From positions 124,001 through 188,000 of the forward strand of contig MCFE01000066.1 in the NCBI GenBank assembly GCA_002104905.1: DNA of 64,000 bases, read 5' to 3'. Positions 1 to 14,600 of the stretch are shown here, one piece after another (position 1 is the first letter of the stretch; the number at the start of each line of letters is the position of its first letter). Source of the stretch: Basidiobolus meristosporus CBS 931.73 (lineage: Eukaryota; Fungi; Basidiobolomycota). The notes beneath the pieces are model-generated. The model saw only the letters and a list, made by a program, of their open reading frames with translations. It did not search any database and was not told the DNA's origin. The position numbers were made by a program, and so were the translations under genes.

Positions 1-552
1 ACAATAGCCACATGGTCTTTTTTCTCTTCTCTTACAGCATTAAGTCAAAGTAGTCTTGTCCATGGGGCAAACAGTTTGACCTTTAACAACGTAAAGCTAC
101 TATATCACTTATTAGTCAATACTCATGTGAACTTAACACAGTCTTGTATTTGAGACATCACACCTACATGAATGTAAGATTCAATGATGACCCGCCATAG
201 TAGGCATTATAAATAAAGTTGTGGCACCACATACACATGTATCTGTAACACTACTTCCCCTATGGTTTGACTCACTTCCATATATATGCCGCCAAAAATA
301 AAGCAAAGTCAACTGGTTCTCAACCAGATGCCACCACTGACAGCAATAGAACAGCAGATGGACAACAGCTTGCTTTGACATTCAGTGCAACAAGCAGTGC
401 TATATCTAAAAAAGGCCATGTTAACAGTGTCCCCACTGAATGGAATAATACAGACTCCTCAAGCTCTCAGTCAAGTAGGCACCAGTACCTGAGACACATG
501 GTCATACCATGTCTCCATCCCTACCATTTCTATACCGTATATGGTATCCCTA

Positions 553-1256
553 TGTTACACAGGTTTCAGAATACTGCTTCCTGATTGGTTGGATGAGCTG
601 TGCCACTTAGAATCTTCTGGCACCCACTTAGAGCATTCTTAGGTCATTCTGATGTCATTAAGATTTCTACTGATATTTGGAACCTTCTGGAACACCATGG
701 TTAGTAATCACTTAGCCAGTAAGAGCAGTATATAAGGGAGGCTATTCCTCAACAATAAATCATCATCCCTTTTATCAATATACCAACTTGTTGATTAGTG
801 TGATCACTGCTACCTGCTGCTACCTGAACTTCCAACCCCAGACCACAGGACACTCCCAGGAAACCATGCTGACAGCCAACTGACCTTGGAGGCACTACTT
901 TTAAGGAATACTCAGAGTAGGTATCTTTATTATATTTGATTCTTTCCTAAGTCTGTTCTTGTACAGGCAAAGATACTTTTCTGTCTTTGTAACTATTGAC
1001 CACAGCTGCATTCTTATCAGGTCCCTGCTGGTGGAGTTTACAGTTGTTTTGACTTTGGAAGCTTTAGTACATTGTCATCTCAAAGGATGCTGAACCCAGC
1101 ACATACTTTTGTTAAGACGCCAACTAAGTTAGGGACTGTAGCTCAATAGTTTTCCCTTGACATGCTTGTGGCTTTATTCCCCATCACATTAGATTAGAGA
1201 CAGAACCCAAGTATTCCTAGCAAGCTATTGCCAGAGGTTATTGCACCCAGTTAACA
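553..1256 (+). mobile_element. Probable solo LTR (~704 bp)
   Basis: Starts TGTTA and ends TAACA; flanks CCCTA/CCCCA are a 4/5 match to a 5-bp TSD; internal TATATAAG (~729) and AATAAA (754-759); CpG-poor. Confidence 0.5.
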
Positions 1257-2031
1257 CCCCACACACAAAACACTTGAGAAGTGTTGGACATATCTCTCCC
1301 TTGGACTTATACACCACCACAGCACAATCTGCAGTCATTAAGAACAATTAGGTGCCATATTGTAGCTACCAGTAGGCAGGATTGCTCTTGGACAATTTTG
1401 CACCATGTGGGACAATCTTTCACACTATGGCACAATCTAACACAATGAGGTTGGCACAAATGATTGGGCCCACTTGTAATGTTTGCATCACGTGCACAAT
1501 TGGATACCGCTATTATGGTAGGTAAAATCTGGTATTTGGATATGTTTTGTTAATGTAAATGGAAATACATGCATATCACACTAAAAACTACACTGATACT
1601 TACCATTTTGCTTACCATCACTCCAATTGGATGGTATCTCAGTGGTTAATTGGTCCAAAAGTATCCTGAAGCTGTCAGCCCCCAGTTAGCTCTTTGACCA
1701 ATAGACAAGCTACCTGATTTGCCATCAAATATCCCATTTTGCCCATTAAGCAAGTAAATCCCTGATCCTAGTGATTGGATAAGGTGTTATAGCTAGCACG
1801 CAATCAATTGTATGGGTGCAAATCAGATCAAATGGCTGCACTGGTGCCACAGATGATGTATACATATGCAGGGTGTTTATCTTTAGGGATCCTGTCACAA
1901 ATGTGAGACAACCTTAATATTGCTTATACCAAAAATTTAGTGATCACTGATTTGCAATGGTTTGATGCAGATTGCAAAAAAAAATGTGTTGTTTAGATCA
2001 TTACAACTAATAGCAATTCAATGCAATTGCA

Positions 2032-3070
2032 TCATCTTCTCCTAGGCTTTTTTCTCACAGGGATTACTACTGAAGCATTTGGTACTGATTCACTTTGCAC
2101 ACCTAAACTACTTTCTTGTTGACTATCCTCTTGGCTACTTGTGTATTTGTAGTCAGTATTTTGCCTCCTAGTTGATGAGTGCAATGCTGCAGCTTGGCCG
2201 CACTGAATTGCTCCAAATGATGCACCTGAGCCAGCCTGTAGTGCTACGTGCTGACGCGTTCTTTTACTTGCCAAAGGCTCTGGTAGTGGAGGCACTTCAT
2301 GTGGGTCATCATCCGTCAGTTCACCAGAAGAAACTTGCTGATGGTCAGGTTAATGGCACTTGCAGATGCAACTTGATGCGCTGGAATGGCCCTTGGCTGA
2401 GTTTGATGTGATGCTGCTTGTTGATACAAATTGGCCCGCTCCAATGGACTTGTGTCTTTTTGAGCAGTTTGGCAGGTTCTGGTGGTTTTGCTCTGAAGCA
2501 CGCATGTTGACCCAATACACATTGAGTCAATGCAGGGCACTCTTGTGAAGGGTGTTGGTGTAGTTTGGACTGATGTGTGCTGGCATGCTGAAGTTGCAAG
2601 GGATGGTAAGGAATCCATCAAGGCATGCTGGTGCAATCTAGATGACGTTGCTTGCAGTCTGTATTCCTCCTCTTGAAGCTCACCTTGTGGTTCCTCAAGG
2701 TATTCACTTACCCTCTGTCTAATACTTTGCAACTGTTGCCTGGATGAGTCCTGTGCATATTGCTCTTGGAAGCCACTTAGCTCTATTAATATATCAAGTA
2801 ATACATTAGTCATTTGAGGCAATAACTCATTCAAAATCTCTTTGGCTTCCAAAGTCAAGGTACAAATGGACATGTCTGGCCCATACTGTGCAAATTGCGT
2901 GCAAAATTGTTCCCGCATGGCTTCCTCATCAAATCCCACCACTCTCAGCTCATTCTTGATTTCAATACTTGTCTTGTTATATATCTTCTTACATACATCC
3001 GCTGGCATCTTGATGTAGAACTCATGCTGCAGCTTTCTACTCAGGTTCTTCCATCTCTGTCAACTCTCCA
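2032..3070 (-). pseudogene. Decayed second ORF of a PIF/Harbinger-type transposon (Myb/SANT-like DNA-binding protein, tentative)
   Basis: Extending ORF 2316-3008 upstream past one TGA gives RWKNLSRKLQHEFYIKMPADVCKKIYNK, resembling the W..LS.KL...CK..Y/W trihelix pattern. It is divergent from the transposase; a downstream fragment ends in basic RKKPRRR. Confidence 0.45.
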
Positions 3071-3559
3071 AGGAATCTAGTTCTGCTAGATTAATGGGTA
3101 GTGCCCAAATATCTGTATGAAGGCTCATCATAGACACTTGGGCCATACTGAAATCATTTGGCAAGAACTCAAACAGATCTGACATTGCCTTTTCCAGTCC
3201 GGACCACGCTTGTGAGCTAGGGGATGGGTTTTGTCTGGGTTAAACTAAAGATTAGTTAAGACTTGGTATAGGGACCATAGTGATAGATTTGGATACTTAT
3301 ACAATGGTGTATTGGCATCAACCTGGTCTTATATGAAATATATATGAAAACTAATGTGATTGTTGAACTTTCCATATGTTATGCATGATGCATCTTGGAT
3401 TGCATTGACATGGATCAGATCACATCAATCACAGATTTCCTATTTGATTATAGACTTGTGAGTAAAACATCAATAAAAATACCCAGTCATTGTTTGAGGA
3501 TGCTTTTTGCAACATAATGATGGGTTACATGGCAATTGATGGAGATTTAATCATAATTC

Positions 3560-4519
3560 ATGGAAAATCAGATAAAAAAGCTGATTGTGCCAAATCAAAT
3601 CAAGTCAACTCAGCAAAATCCTCCCAACTTTAATATGACTTACTCATCTGAATGGTCTTTTCCCATCAATCCCATCACTACCACTGGATTCTCTTTTGAC
3701 ACACTAGTGGAGATCTATACCAAGTACTGTGGCCCATCTACCCCAATCTACTCAAGGAGATCCTTTGTTAAGCTTCTCTGCTATTACAAGAACTATTGCC
3801 CTACAAGGTTACATCCCACCATGCATGGCAACAAAAGTCCTAGAAGCTTTCATTCTCAGCTGACAGCAATGGAGAACCACCTTGCAGAGGGTATGAATAA
3901 CTTAGAGCAAGTTTGGAGTACTATATTTAGAAGCTCCAATAGACTTCCATATCCCAGAGTGTTCAGCAACTGGTTCCATATAAGGAGTATTTTGAATACC
4001 TTCCTATTCAGGATTAATAGACCTTCTAGAGGGCAGAGGCACTTTTATTCTGGCAAGTACAAGGCACACTGTGTGAAGTTTCAAGCACTGTCTGACATTG
4101 AGGGTAACATCATCAGGTTTAGTGGGCCATTTGCTGGCAGTGGGCATGACAAAGCACTCTTGGTAGAGAATGATCCAGATTTCAGTAGAGGGGAGAAATG
4201 TATGGCAGACTTAGCCTATATAGGAGAGGATTGTTAGAGATTAGGATGTATTACAGCTTATAGGAAGCCAATGAATGGTGTGCTTAGCAGGAAGCAGAAG
4301 CTCTACAATGAGATATTTAATCATTTCAGAGTGAGGGTAGAGCATACATTTTGATATCTGAAGAGATTCAGCATATTGGCAGGTAAATACAGAGGAACAT
4401 CATATATAGGAGAAAACAGTAGAATAAGTAAAATAGTTAAGATACTTATCAATGCACAGTATATTCATACAAGAAGACATCCACTGAGAGAAATGTGTCT
4501 GGAGCATTATGAAGAGTAA
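3560..4519 (+). pseudogene. PIF/Harbinger (PHIS, DDE_Tnp_4-like) transposase pseudogene
   Basis: Motifs YSGKYKAHCVKFQ, GPFAGSGHD, MADLAYIG and (reading through TAG and TGA) YNEIFNHFRVRVEHTF*YLKRFSIL...YRG. The first catalytic Asp appears as Asn (ILNTF..RINRP). Confidence 0.85.
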
Positions 4520-7500
4520 ATAAAGCAGGGAAAGCACTACTCTGAGCAACATGAGTGAAATTGAGTAAAATTACCAGCAACTATAACCTACCACTGGCAT
4601 GATAATAGAAATTATAGTGCCAGATAGTGCCAGATCAATCCAGCTTTATAAACCGGCTGGCACTATGTGGCACTATTCAAAAAAACAAGTCTAATATGTT
4701 TGCAATCATTTCATCTGAAGGACAGTAAGCTAAGCTAACTAAGTTATTCTTTATAGCTTCACATATGAAATGATGTCAAATTTCTATGTGCTTAGTTCTA
4801 GCATGAAAAGTTGGATTTCTACCTAATTGTATACATCTTTAATATCTTGAAATAAAGTAATAGGTGTTTTTTGACATAGGCCTAAATCTGTAAAAAGCTT
4901 TCTTAACCACATTGCTTCTTTTGTAGCTTCACAGGCTGCCACATACTCTGCCTCTGTGGTAGAAAGTGCTACGGTTGGTTGCTTTCTTGAATTCCATGAA
5001 CTTGCTCCTTGATGGTAAAGAAAGGTATATCCTGTGGTGGATCATCTGTCTTCCAAATTTTGTCCCCAATTAGCATCAGAGTATCCCACAAGGTCCTGTT
5101 CTGTGTCCTTTTAAGTGTATCTTAAGCAGATATCAGCAGTTCCTTTTGGTTATCTAAAAATCCACTCAACTGCTGCAATATGATCAGATCCATAGTTCTG
5201 ATTATGTTGGCTGACAACTCCCACTGAATATGAGATATCTGGGCATGTTCTAAGCATGATATACATCAGACTGAAAACCATAGATTGATAAGGAAAGCCA
5301 GGGCTTTTGGATGGCACCAAGCTCTCTTGATTTGGATGAGTTTTGACCAAGTTAAGGTTTGGCCCCATTGGGGTAGCTGCCAGTTTACAGTCTTCCATTT
5401 GGTACTTCTTTAGTATATCTTGAATATACTTGGATTGGCTTAGGGTAATAGTCGGGGTACTTCTGTCTATGGAGAACCTAATCCCTAAGTAGTAATTGAG
5501 TTCTCCTAGGTTGGACATCTTGAAATCCTTAGATAGGCTGGATTTGATCTCTTCCAATGTTTCTAAGTTATTAGTGGGTATAATAAGATCATCCATATAT
5601 AGAGCTAATAAAACTGTATTTGCTCTATCTGGCTTATAGTATATACTATAGTCAGCATTACTTCTTTTGAAACTCAAAGATTCCAAATAAGAATCTATCT
5701 TGCAATTCCAGGCTCTTGGTGATTGTTTAAGACCTTATAGTGACTTTTTAAGCTTGTAGACCAAATGGGGGTTATCTTGGTCAACAAACCCATCAGGCTG
5801 GTCCATATACATGTCCTCATCAAGTTTTTTATTCAAAAATGCAGTTTTTACATCCATTTGATAAATAAAAAACTTATGTTTGGCTGCAATAGCCAATATT
5901 AATATGATGGAATTAAACTTGGCTACTGGTGCAAAGGTCTCAGTATAGTCAAGTTCTTTTGTTTGAGAGTATCCTTTGGCTACAAGTTTTGCTTTGTATC
6001 TTTTAATTGTACCATCAGCCTTGTATTTTGTCTTAAAGACCCATCTGCATCCCATTGATTTTTGGTTGATTGGTAATTTGATATAGTCCCAAGTTTTATT
6101 TTCCATCAGGGCCTGATATTCCTCAGTCATTGCAGATCTCCAAAGCTTTGTCTGAGGGCTATTTAGGGCCTCTTTTACAGTCTGGGGCTCATCAATATGC
6201 ACTGAATAGGCATAGGCAAAGTTTGTACCCTCTTTGATATAGTAATTTGGGCTATTTCTTGTCTGATTGAATCTCCAGACATTTGATACTGGAATGATCA
6301 CTTCTGGGATATTGCTGGGCACTGATTCTGGCTGAACCACAGTTGTAGAGTCCTCTGGAGTGAAAAAAGTCTCATTGTTTTGCTCTGATTCAATCCTGAC
6401 AATTGGTGGACTTGAGATCAGATTTTTGTCATCATCTGATGTCAATTATTGTGAAATTTTGAATTTTCATCAGACAACATATCCCTGGACTTGCTTAGCT
6501 TCTTTGCTTTGGCATTGTAGAGTCTGTATGCTTTACTCTCATTGCAGTAGCCCAAAAATATGCATTTTACACTTTTTGGCTCAAATTTTGACTGATTTCC
6601 AGGCAGTTTCTTGCCATATGCTGTACTCTCAGATATTCTTAGATGTTTGGCACCTGGTTGGTCTCCATACCATACTTCAAAAGGAGTAGAATCATGAAGT
6701 ATTCTGTTATAACTTTTATTTTTAAGATATACAGCAGTGTCAACTGATTCCGCCAAAAAATTATAGGATAATTTTGAACATGGATCATAGATCTTGCCAT
6801 ATCAGTTATTGATCTGTTAGCACATTCTGCTGCTCCATTTTGCTGTGGGGAGTATGGTACAGTAGTCTCTTGTTTCATCCCATGAATTTTGCAGAAGTGG
6901 ATGAAGAGTTTTGAGGTATGTTCTCCACCACTGTCAGAGTGTATTTTCTTGATTTTTTCACCAGTTTCTCTCTCCACCATGGCTTTAAACTCCCTGAGCT
7001 TAGACAGAGCTTCTTCCTTTCTCTCCATGAAGTAGACCCATGTGTATCTTGTATAATCATCAACAAAAGTGATTAAATACTTCATCCTGCCTAAGGTTAA
7101 ATTTTGCATAGGGCCACACAGCGCTGAGTGAATTAAATCTAATTTTTTCTTAGTTTTGATCAACCCAGAGCTCTTGAACAGTTGTATGGCTTGTTTCCCA
7201 TATATGCAGGCTTTACAGTGCTCCAAATTAGCTGGGGGAGCAGTTTTTACTCCAGATATTAGCTGATCTTTGATCATTTTGCGCAAATAATCAAAATTGA
7301 TGTGCCCAAATCTCCTGTGCCAAAGCATTGGTGTTTCTTCATTTGAGTTACTTATATTGGCTTCCAAATATGATGGAATATAAGTCAAATTGTATAGATT
7401 CTGATCTCTGATACCCAAAGCAATATGGCACCATTTTGATCAGTGATCTTGCATCCAGAATTGTCAAAGCTGAAACTGAGTCCTTCTGCAGTGGCCTTGC

Positions 7501-8578
7501 TTACAGATAGTAGGTTCTTGGCTATTTCTGGTACATAGAGTACTTCTTTAAAGGTCAGTGTATGGCTTCCTTCACTGCTTCTTAGGTTTATGTGGATAGT
7601 TCCTACTCCCACTGCATCAAGTGTTCTATTGTTACCCATGAAAACCCTCTTAATTGGAATTTCTTGATATTGGGTAAAAAGTTCTTTTTGGTGTGTAAAG
7701 TGTTGAGATGCTCCAGAGTCAATATACCACATCTGAGAATCCTTGTTTGTGGTCATATTTAGTGCAGATATGAATAATCTATCTTGAGTTGTTGCAGCAT
7801 TTCCATATTCAGGCTTCTTTTGCTGATTATCCTTCTTTCTGAGGCACCGGTCTAATGTGTGTCCTTTCCTTTTGCAGTAGTTACAAAACAGGTTGCTGTT
7901 GCCTTTGTAGGGTCTTGGGTACCTCCTTTGTTGGTTATCATTGCTTATTAAAGCATTTTCTTCTTCCTTCTTATTTGCGCTTGATTTTCTTAATTCTTCA
8001 TCCAGGAGCCTTCCATATATGTAATTTAAGGTCAAATCTTCAGTTCTGGACTCTAGGGCTGATACAAGGCCCTGAAACTTGTCTGTCAGGCTATTCAGGA
8101 TGGTAAATATCACATCCCCATCAGTAGTTGGTACACCCACAGATTCCATCTCATCTACCAGCAGGGTAATTCTGTTAATTAGATTTTTCATTTCTTCTCC
8201 TAGCAGCATCTTTGTAGTAAAGAATTCTTGTCTCAGATACATTTTCTTAGCAGCTGAACATGACTGGTAGGTGTCCTCTAATGCCTTCCAGGCATTCTTT
8301 GCAGTTTTTGCTCTTGAGCATTGAATTAGCAATTTGTCTTTAACATTAAGGCAAATGCAGTTAGAGGCACTTTGTTCTTTCTTCTGGTACTTTAAGGCTT
8401 CCTCTCCCACGTTTTTAGGAGTGCATTCTTCTCCCATGACAATATCCCAAAGGCCTCTTTCTTGTAGCAGCATCTTCATCTTCACCTTCAACACTTGGTA
8501 GTTGGATCCATCCAGCTTTTCAGCAGAGGGAAAGATTCCAGTATAGCAGTAGTAGACATTCCAGATAGTGACAGCTTG

Positions 8579-8590
8579 GGGCTCATAGCC
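8579..8590 (-). promoter_or_regulatory. Primer binding site GGCTATGAGCCC (internal/half tRNA-iMet type)
   Basis: Abuts the LTR 3' end; one mismatch to GGTTATGAGCCC, the anticodon-arm iMet PBS type known from Ty5 and Drosophila copia. Confidence 0.7.
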
Positions 8591-8922
8591 TGTTGTAAGA
8601 GTCTTGGAGATACTGGAAGTGATTGGGAGGACAAGTAGATTTTGTGGTTTTCACTTAGTGATTTATTGAATGTAATAATAGTATTTATACTTTTACATGA
8701 TCTTGGCATGACAAACACATAGAATAGGTTAAGGAAGGTTCCAAGAGCATGTGTGCAAAGTTTGGGGCAGTTTGGACAACTTATCCAATTTTCATGTTCT
8801 GGGTAAATATTCTAAGTAAATCCCAACAAGGAATTTGGTCAGTATTCTCTAGGATTTGAAGGTAATGATCTAAGTGACTAAGTTAGGTGAATATTTAGGT
8901 GGAAATACAAATTCTTACAACA
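8591..8922 (-). repeat. 5' LTR of the copia element (332 bp)
   Basis: 10-bp terminal inverted repeat TGTTGTAAGA...TCTTACAACA; followed immediately on the minus strand by a PBS and then gag. Confidence 0.75.
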
Positions 8923-9077
8923 CTTGGGACCTTCCCTAATCTATTCTACATGTTTGTTATGCCAAGACCATGTAAAAGTATAAATACTACTTTTACATTC
9001 AATAAATCATTAAGTGAAAACCACATAATCTACTTGTCCTCCCAATCACTTCCAATATTTCCAAGACTCTTACAACA
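8923..9077 (+). repeat. Inverted partial copy of the copia LTR 3' half
   Basis: Reverse complement aligns with 8591-8745 over 155 bp with scattered substitutions; ends in CTTACAACA. Confidence 0.85.
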
Positions 9078-9119
9078 CTTCTGACTACTGCATCAATTAT
9101 AAGCCAGCTGGAGCAAGTC

Positions 9120-9245
9120 CAGTTCTATAAACTATATATATGGATGATCTTATTATGGCCATCAAGCACTGCCAGCTCCTTGAAGAAACCAAACCCAGCC
9201 TATCTGCAGAGTTCCAGATGTCTGGTCTGGGCGAGCTCAGCCAAA
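9120..9245 (+). pseudogene. Copia RT fragment in opposite orientation
   Basis: Translates to YMDDLIMAIKHCQLLEETKPSLSAEFQMSGLGEL, matching the YMDD region of the adjacent copia RT. Confidence 0.65.
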
Positions 9246-9361
9246 GCTAAAGGATACGGTTTTCCATAGCAACAGACCCTCAGACTGTTGATTCATACCA
9301 GTCCTGATATATTCTGGATACAACAGTTTTATTGCTGCCTAACCCTACATTGTTGCCATCA

Positions 9362-11183
<1,822 letters not shown>

Positions 11184-11643
11184 GTTTAGGAAGTTTCAAT
11201 GAAACGTCGAGGTAAACAAAATTTATAGAGGACCTGGAGAGTTCAGAATTTCAATGTCAAGCCACTGGTATCTTGGGTGAGTAGGTGATCTCCTAAATAG
11301 CATGATATCGTAATTCCTCGGAGTTGCTCTGAATTCCCAGAAATATCAAACCAACCTCAACATTAAACTTCAACATGCAGTCTATTATCACTGCTCCTAG
11401 CCGCATGTCCGATGAATACGTGGGACCCCGAAATGATCTGCAAATCCAAAGTTCATGGCGTAGAGCCTGATAATGTACAATTAATCCCATCGTGAAGTTT
11501 CAGCATTGTAACGCATTATACTATATTTGATAGGCTCGATTGCTGGAAATTTGATTGAGAACTCTCGATAAGCACATCAAATCAAGCGCACCATTGAAAA
11601 CTGCCTTGCTTGTTAGAGCTATTATCTTTTGAAGGGTCGAAAG

Positions 11644-14600
11644 ATGACAGAAGTCAATTTTAATGGAGCCAGGTATGTTTGGTCACCAGATTGGCTGCCA
11701 TATTCCCACGACTACAATCTCTGACGTGCACTTTACAGCAAAGAAAATGGATCATCGGATAATGTACAGGGTACCCCCTATCTGCTTGCACTTCATTTAA
11801 ATCCTTGACACTGATCTTGCTCTACAGAAGCGATTTCCAATCTAAAGATTAACCCATATCAGCAAGCCTACTTACTACCCGAATGGAAAGATATTACGGA
11901 TTTTCTCGATGAAGCAACTAATGGTTATTATTTGGCTTGACTGATTGTTTGTACTCCTCTATTTTTGCTTACGGTATGCTCCATCAAGATTTTGACGTCG
12001 GCCAGTTAGTTCACTTGGAAAGCTTTGGGCTTTACGATTCAATGGCTGCAATTGAGGTTTTTCCACCGTTCACTCGAATTACTCTGTACCTTTACTTACA
12101 CCTTCCCTAGATCATGGATCCGAAGATGGACACAGGCATGCGTGTAGAGGGACAGGACGCAAGCAAAGATTTTGACGCTTCTTCTCCGCTGTCGGCCTCG
12201 CAGATACTCGGAGTAATGGACAAGTTGTGCTCGTGCGAGGTAGGTTCAAAGTACGGATGGACTTTGCCGCGAAGGATTCTCCTCACAAATACGAACTTTA
12301 AACAGCTGGCGTGGCACTCTGGCCATTCACTCTCACAGACGATATTCACGTGTCTGTACGTTCACAATGTGTTCAAGATACCCCAAGTTAAAGGGGTTGC
12401 CGAGAGCGACAACAATCTAGTCTCCCTAGTCCTTAAAGCATACGTCTTGGGAGTAATCAAATGCTGCCAGCTGGTGTGGCAAGAAATGATCAAAGGAAAT
12501 GTCTATGAAGTATGTTGCTAGTCAATGCATGTTCCACCACACATTTATCATGACGATTCTAGTTGCAATCAAAAAGGAGGAAGATTTTACGACAAACAAG
12601 TACGGTCTGAGCTTTTATGAAGATTTTCCTGAATCAGAGACACTGAATCTCCTGGAGGATGCCGAAGAGTGGCTTATGAAAATCATCAAGACTGCCAACG
12701 AGGGTAGAATACCATTGCTTATGCATCTCTTGACCAATCCTTAACATATACGATAGATGAAGAGATCCGATTCAAAGACGGCTACATCACTGATGGCTCT
12801 CACGCAAAGGCACTGTTGTCCAGAATTCAGTTGCGGAAAGTAAGCGCCGTACACCATTTGAAAAGCAGGAGTTAGCTCTAATCAAACCCTTTTCAGAGAT
12901 ATCTCCTTGGACTGGTATACATCTCAGGCATGCAGTTTTCCGAATCCCAGAAGGAATTCGATCTTGCCAAATCTTTACTTGATGGCCTTGGCCCTGGCAC
13001 GGTGAAGTCCACATTGAGCCTGGCTGAAGACGTCATGGATGGTTGCTAATGCGGATCATAGATCTTTGTCCCACCTAAGCCCTAACTCCAGTTTATAGCG
13101 TTCGACCCTCTCATCAACAGAAAATTGGCCGCACAGGCTCCACCTCGCCCAATCACTCTGGTGACAGTAAATGAGGTTGCGATCCGCCATGTAGCACTGT
13201 TGCGCTTCAGAGCTGTCTCTTATCAATGATCCATTTATACATAGGCATATGCCAATCTATCAGCGCTCTGTGGCCGATTGTCCACGATATCAACCATCAC
13301 GCAATGCCACTCAGTAGAAACTCTGATCGTAGGGACTTTGTGCTGCCAGTCACGCCATTTCGATCCACTGACCTGCTTATTATCAGAATTTCTTCTTCTA
13401 TTACTCCCAAGTTCAGCCTCAGGCTTGTGCTGTATCAAGATCGTATATTCAGGTACCAGGCCATGATTGGAACTGTCTATGGTTGCTGGGCATTAACTGA
13501 AGCCACTCACAGTCGGCCTTATATTCCGATCACCGCATCCTCGGGAGACTCCCAGTCTTTTACTTTGTCCGGGACTCCATTATTGAGAGCGTACGTCCTC
13601 CGCTTGAAGTCGTCGAGCTTCCGTCGGGAGATAGTAGCCACAAGGAGTTGTACTCGCTTGTTACTGGCTTTATCACTAGAGCAGCCAAGGTAACTCTCCT
13701 CAACGCTCTGGTCACTGCCATTCTTACCACTTATCATCGGATAGCCTTTCATCGATACATTCAAAGTATACTGCCAAAATCGCTCCCGTCAAAGACGAGT
13801 TATGTGCAAATTACTTCGCGAATGGGAGATTCTACAAGAAGAGGTACTCAGCTATAGCTTCGTCAATGATGATCAGATGTCGCCCATAGCTTCAGGAATG
13901 ATGAGTAGATGCCCAATCACTAACGGGATTAATATAGGCTGAGCATATTGATGAGCAGTTCCACGCTGTCTTCAAATCCAATGTAAACCCCAGCACTTTG
14001 CTTCGGTCAACATTACCTCGTCATTTACTCGGTTTCTTCGCAGGCTGCGTCACTTCCGTTTTTCTATTCGTCATGGGTCTACCACCGTAAGCTGAGTATG
14101 ATGATCCAAGTTGCTCAGCTAGGCTTTGACTTGGAGCTGTTTGCTGAATATGAATATCTGATGATGTTCTGGTAAGTCTCATTGGATTGCATGCCACCTA
14201 CATCAAGCCTAACGCATTGTCTCAAGGCACCTGGATTATCTGTATGGCGCATACAGCCAACATTTGGAACGGATAGTAAACATCACTCTTACCTGTGCCC
14301 AAGGACGAGGTGACTATTGTGGGATTCAGATGGCATCCTGCCGACCATCTTGCTTACTATTCGTTCTCAGAAAAAGCCACCCCTAGTCAAGGAAATCGCG
14401 ACGTTCCCGAATCTGCATCCCCACTGGCAATACAGCGAATTCAAGTCACAGGCTTGAGGGAGATGACCAGAGGGATTTATTTGGTAAGATGCATATCTTC
14501 TCTCCACATGATCAAGCCCGTACTCAACATACATGCCAGATGATTGCCGCATTCAATCGAACTGGCCATATCAGATCTCCCTCGTTGAAATTCGATGATG

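Larger units (their letters stand above)
2032..4692 (+). mobile_element. PIF/Harbinger-type DNA transposon; right terminus at 4692, left terminus not found
   Basis: Right end ...GGCACTATTCAAAAAAACAAGTCT|AAT matches the end of the foldback element at 62394 (...GGCACTATCCAACAGAACAAGTCT|AAT). It interrupts the copia RNase H sequence at (M)IANI. The left coordinate is only the extent of recognisable ORFs. Confidence 0.7.
4693..8922 (-). mobile_element. Decayed Ty1/copia LTR retrotransposon (gag-PR-IN-RT-RNaseH), 3' end truncated by the Harbinger insertion
   Basis: Gag zinc knuckle CNYCKRKGHTLDRC; protease WYIDSGASQH; pre-integrase LWHRRFGH...C..C; integrase FVDDYTRY/IHSDSGGE/PQQNGAAE; RT YKAKLVAKGY, QMDVKTAFL, LYMDDL; RNase H HARTKHIEI*HHF. 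Order IN before RT is copia-type; several frameshifts and stops. Confidence 0.95.

Noticed and set aside
267-584. 105-aa ORF at the window start
   Set aside because: No recognisable motif, runs into the putative solo LTR, and sits in CpG-depleted repeat-like DNA.
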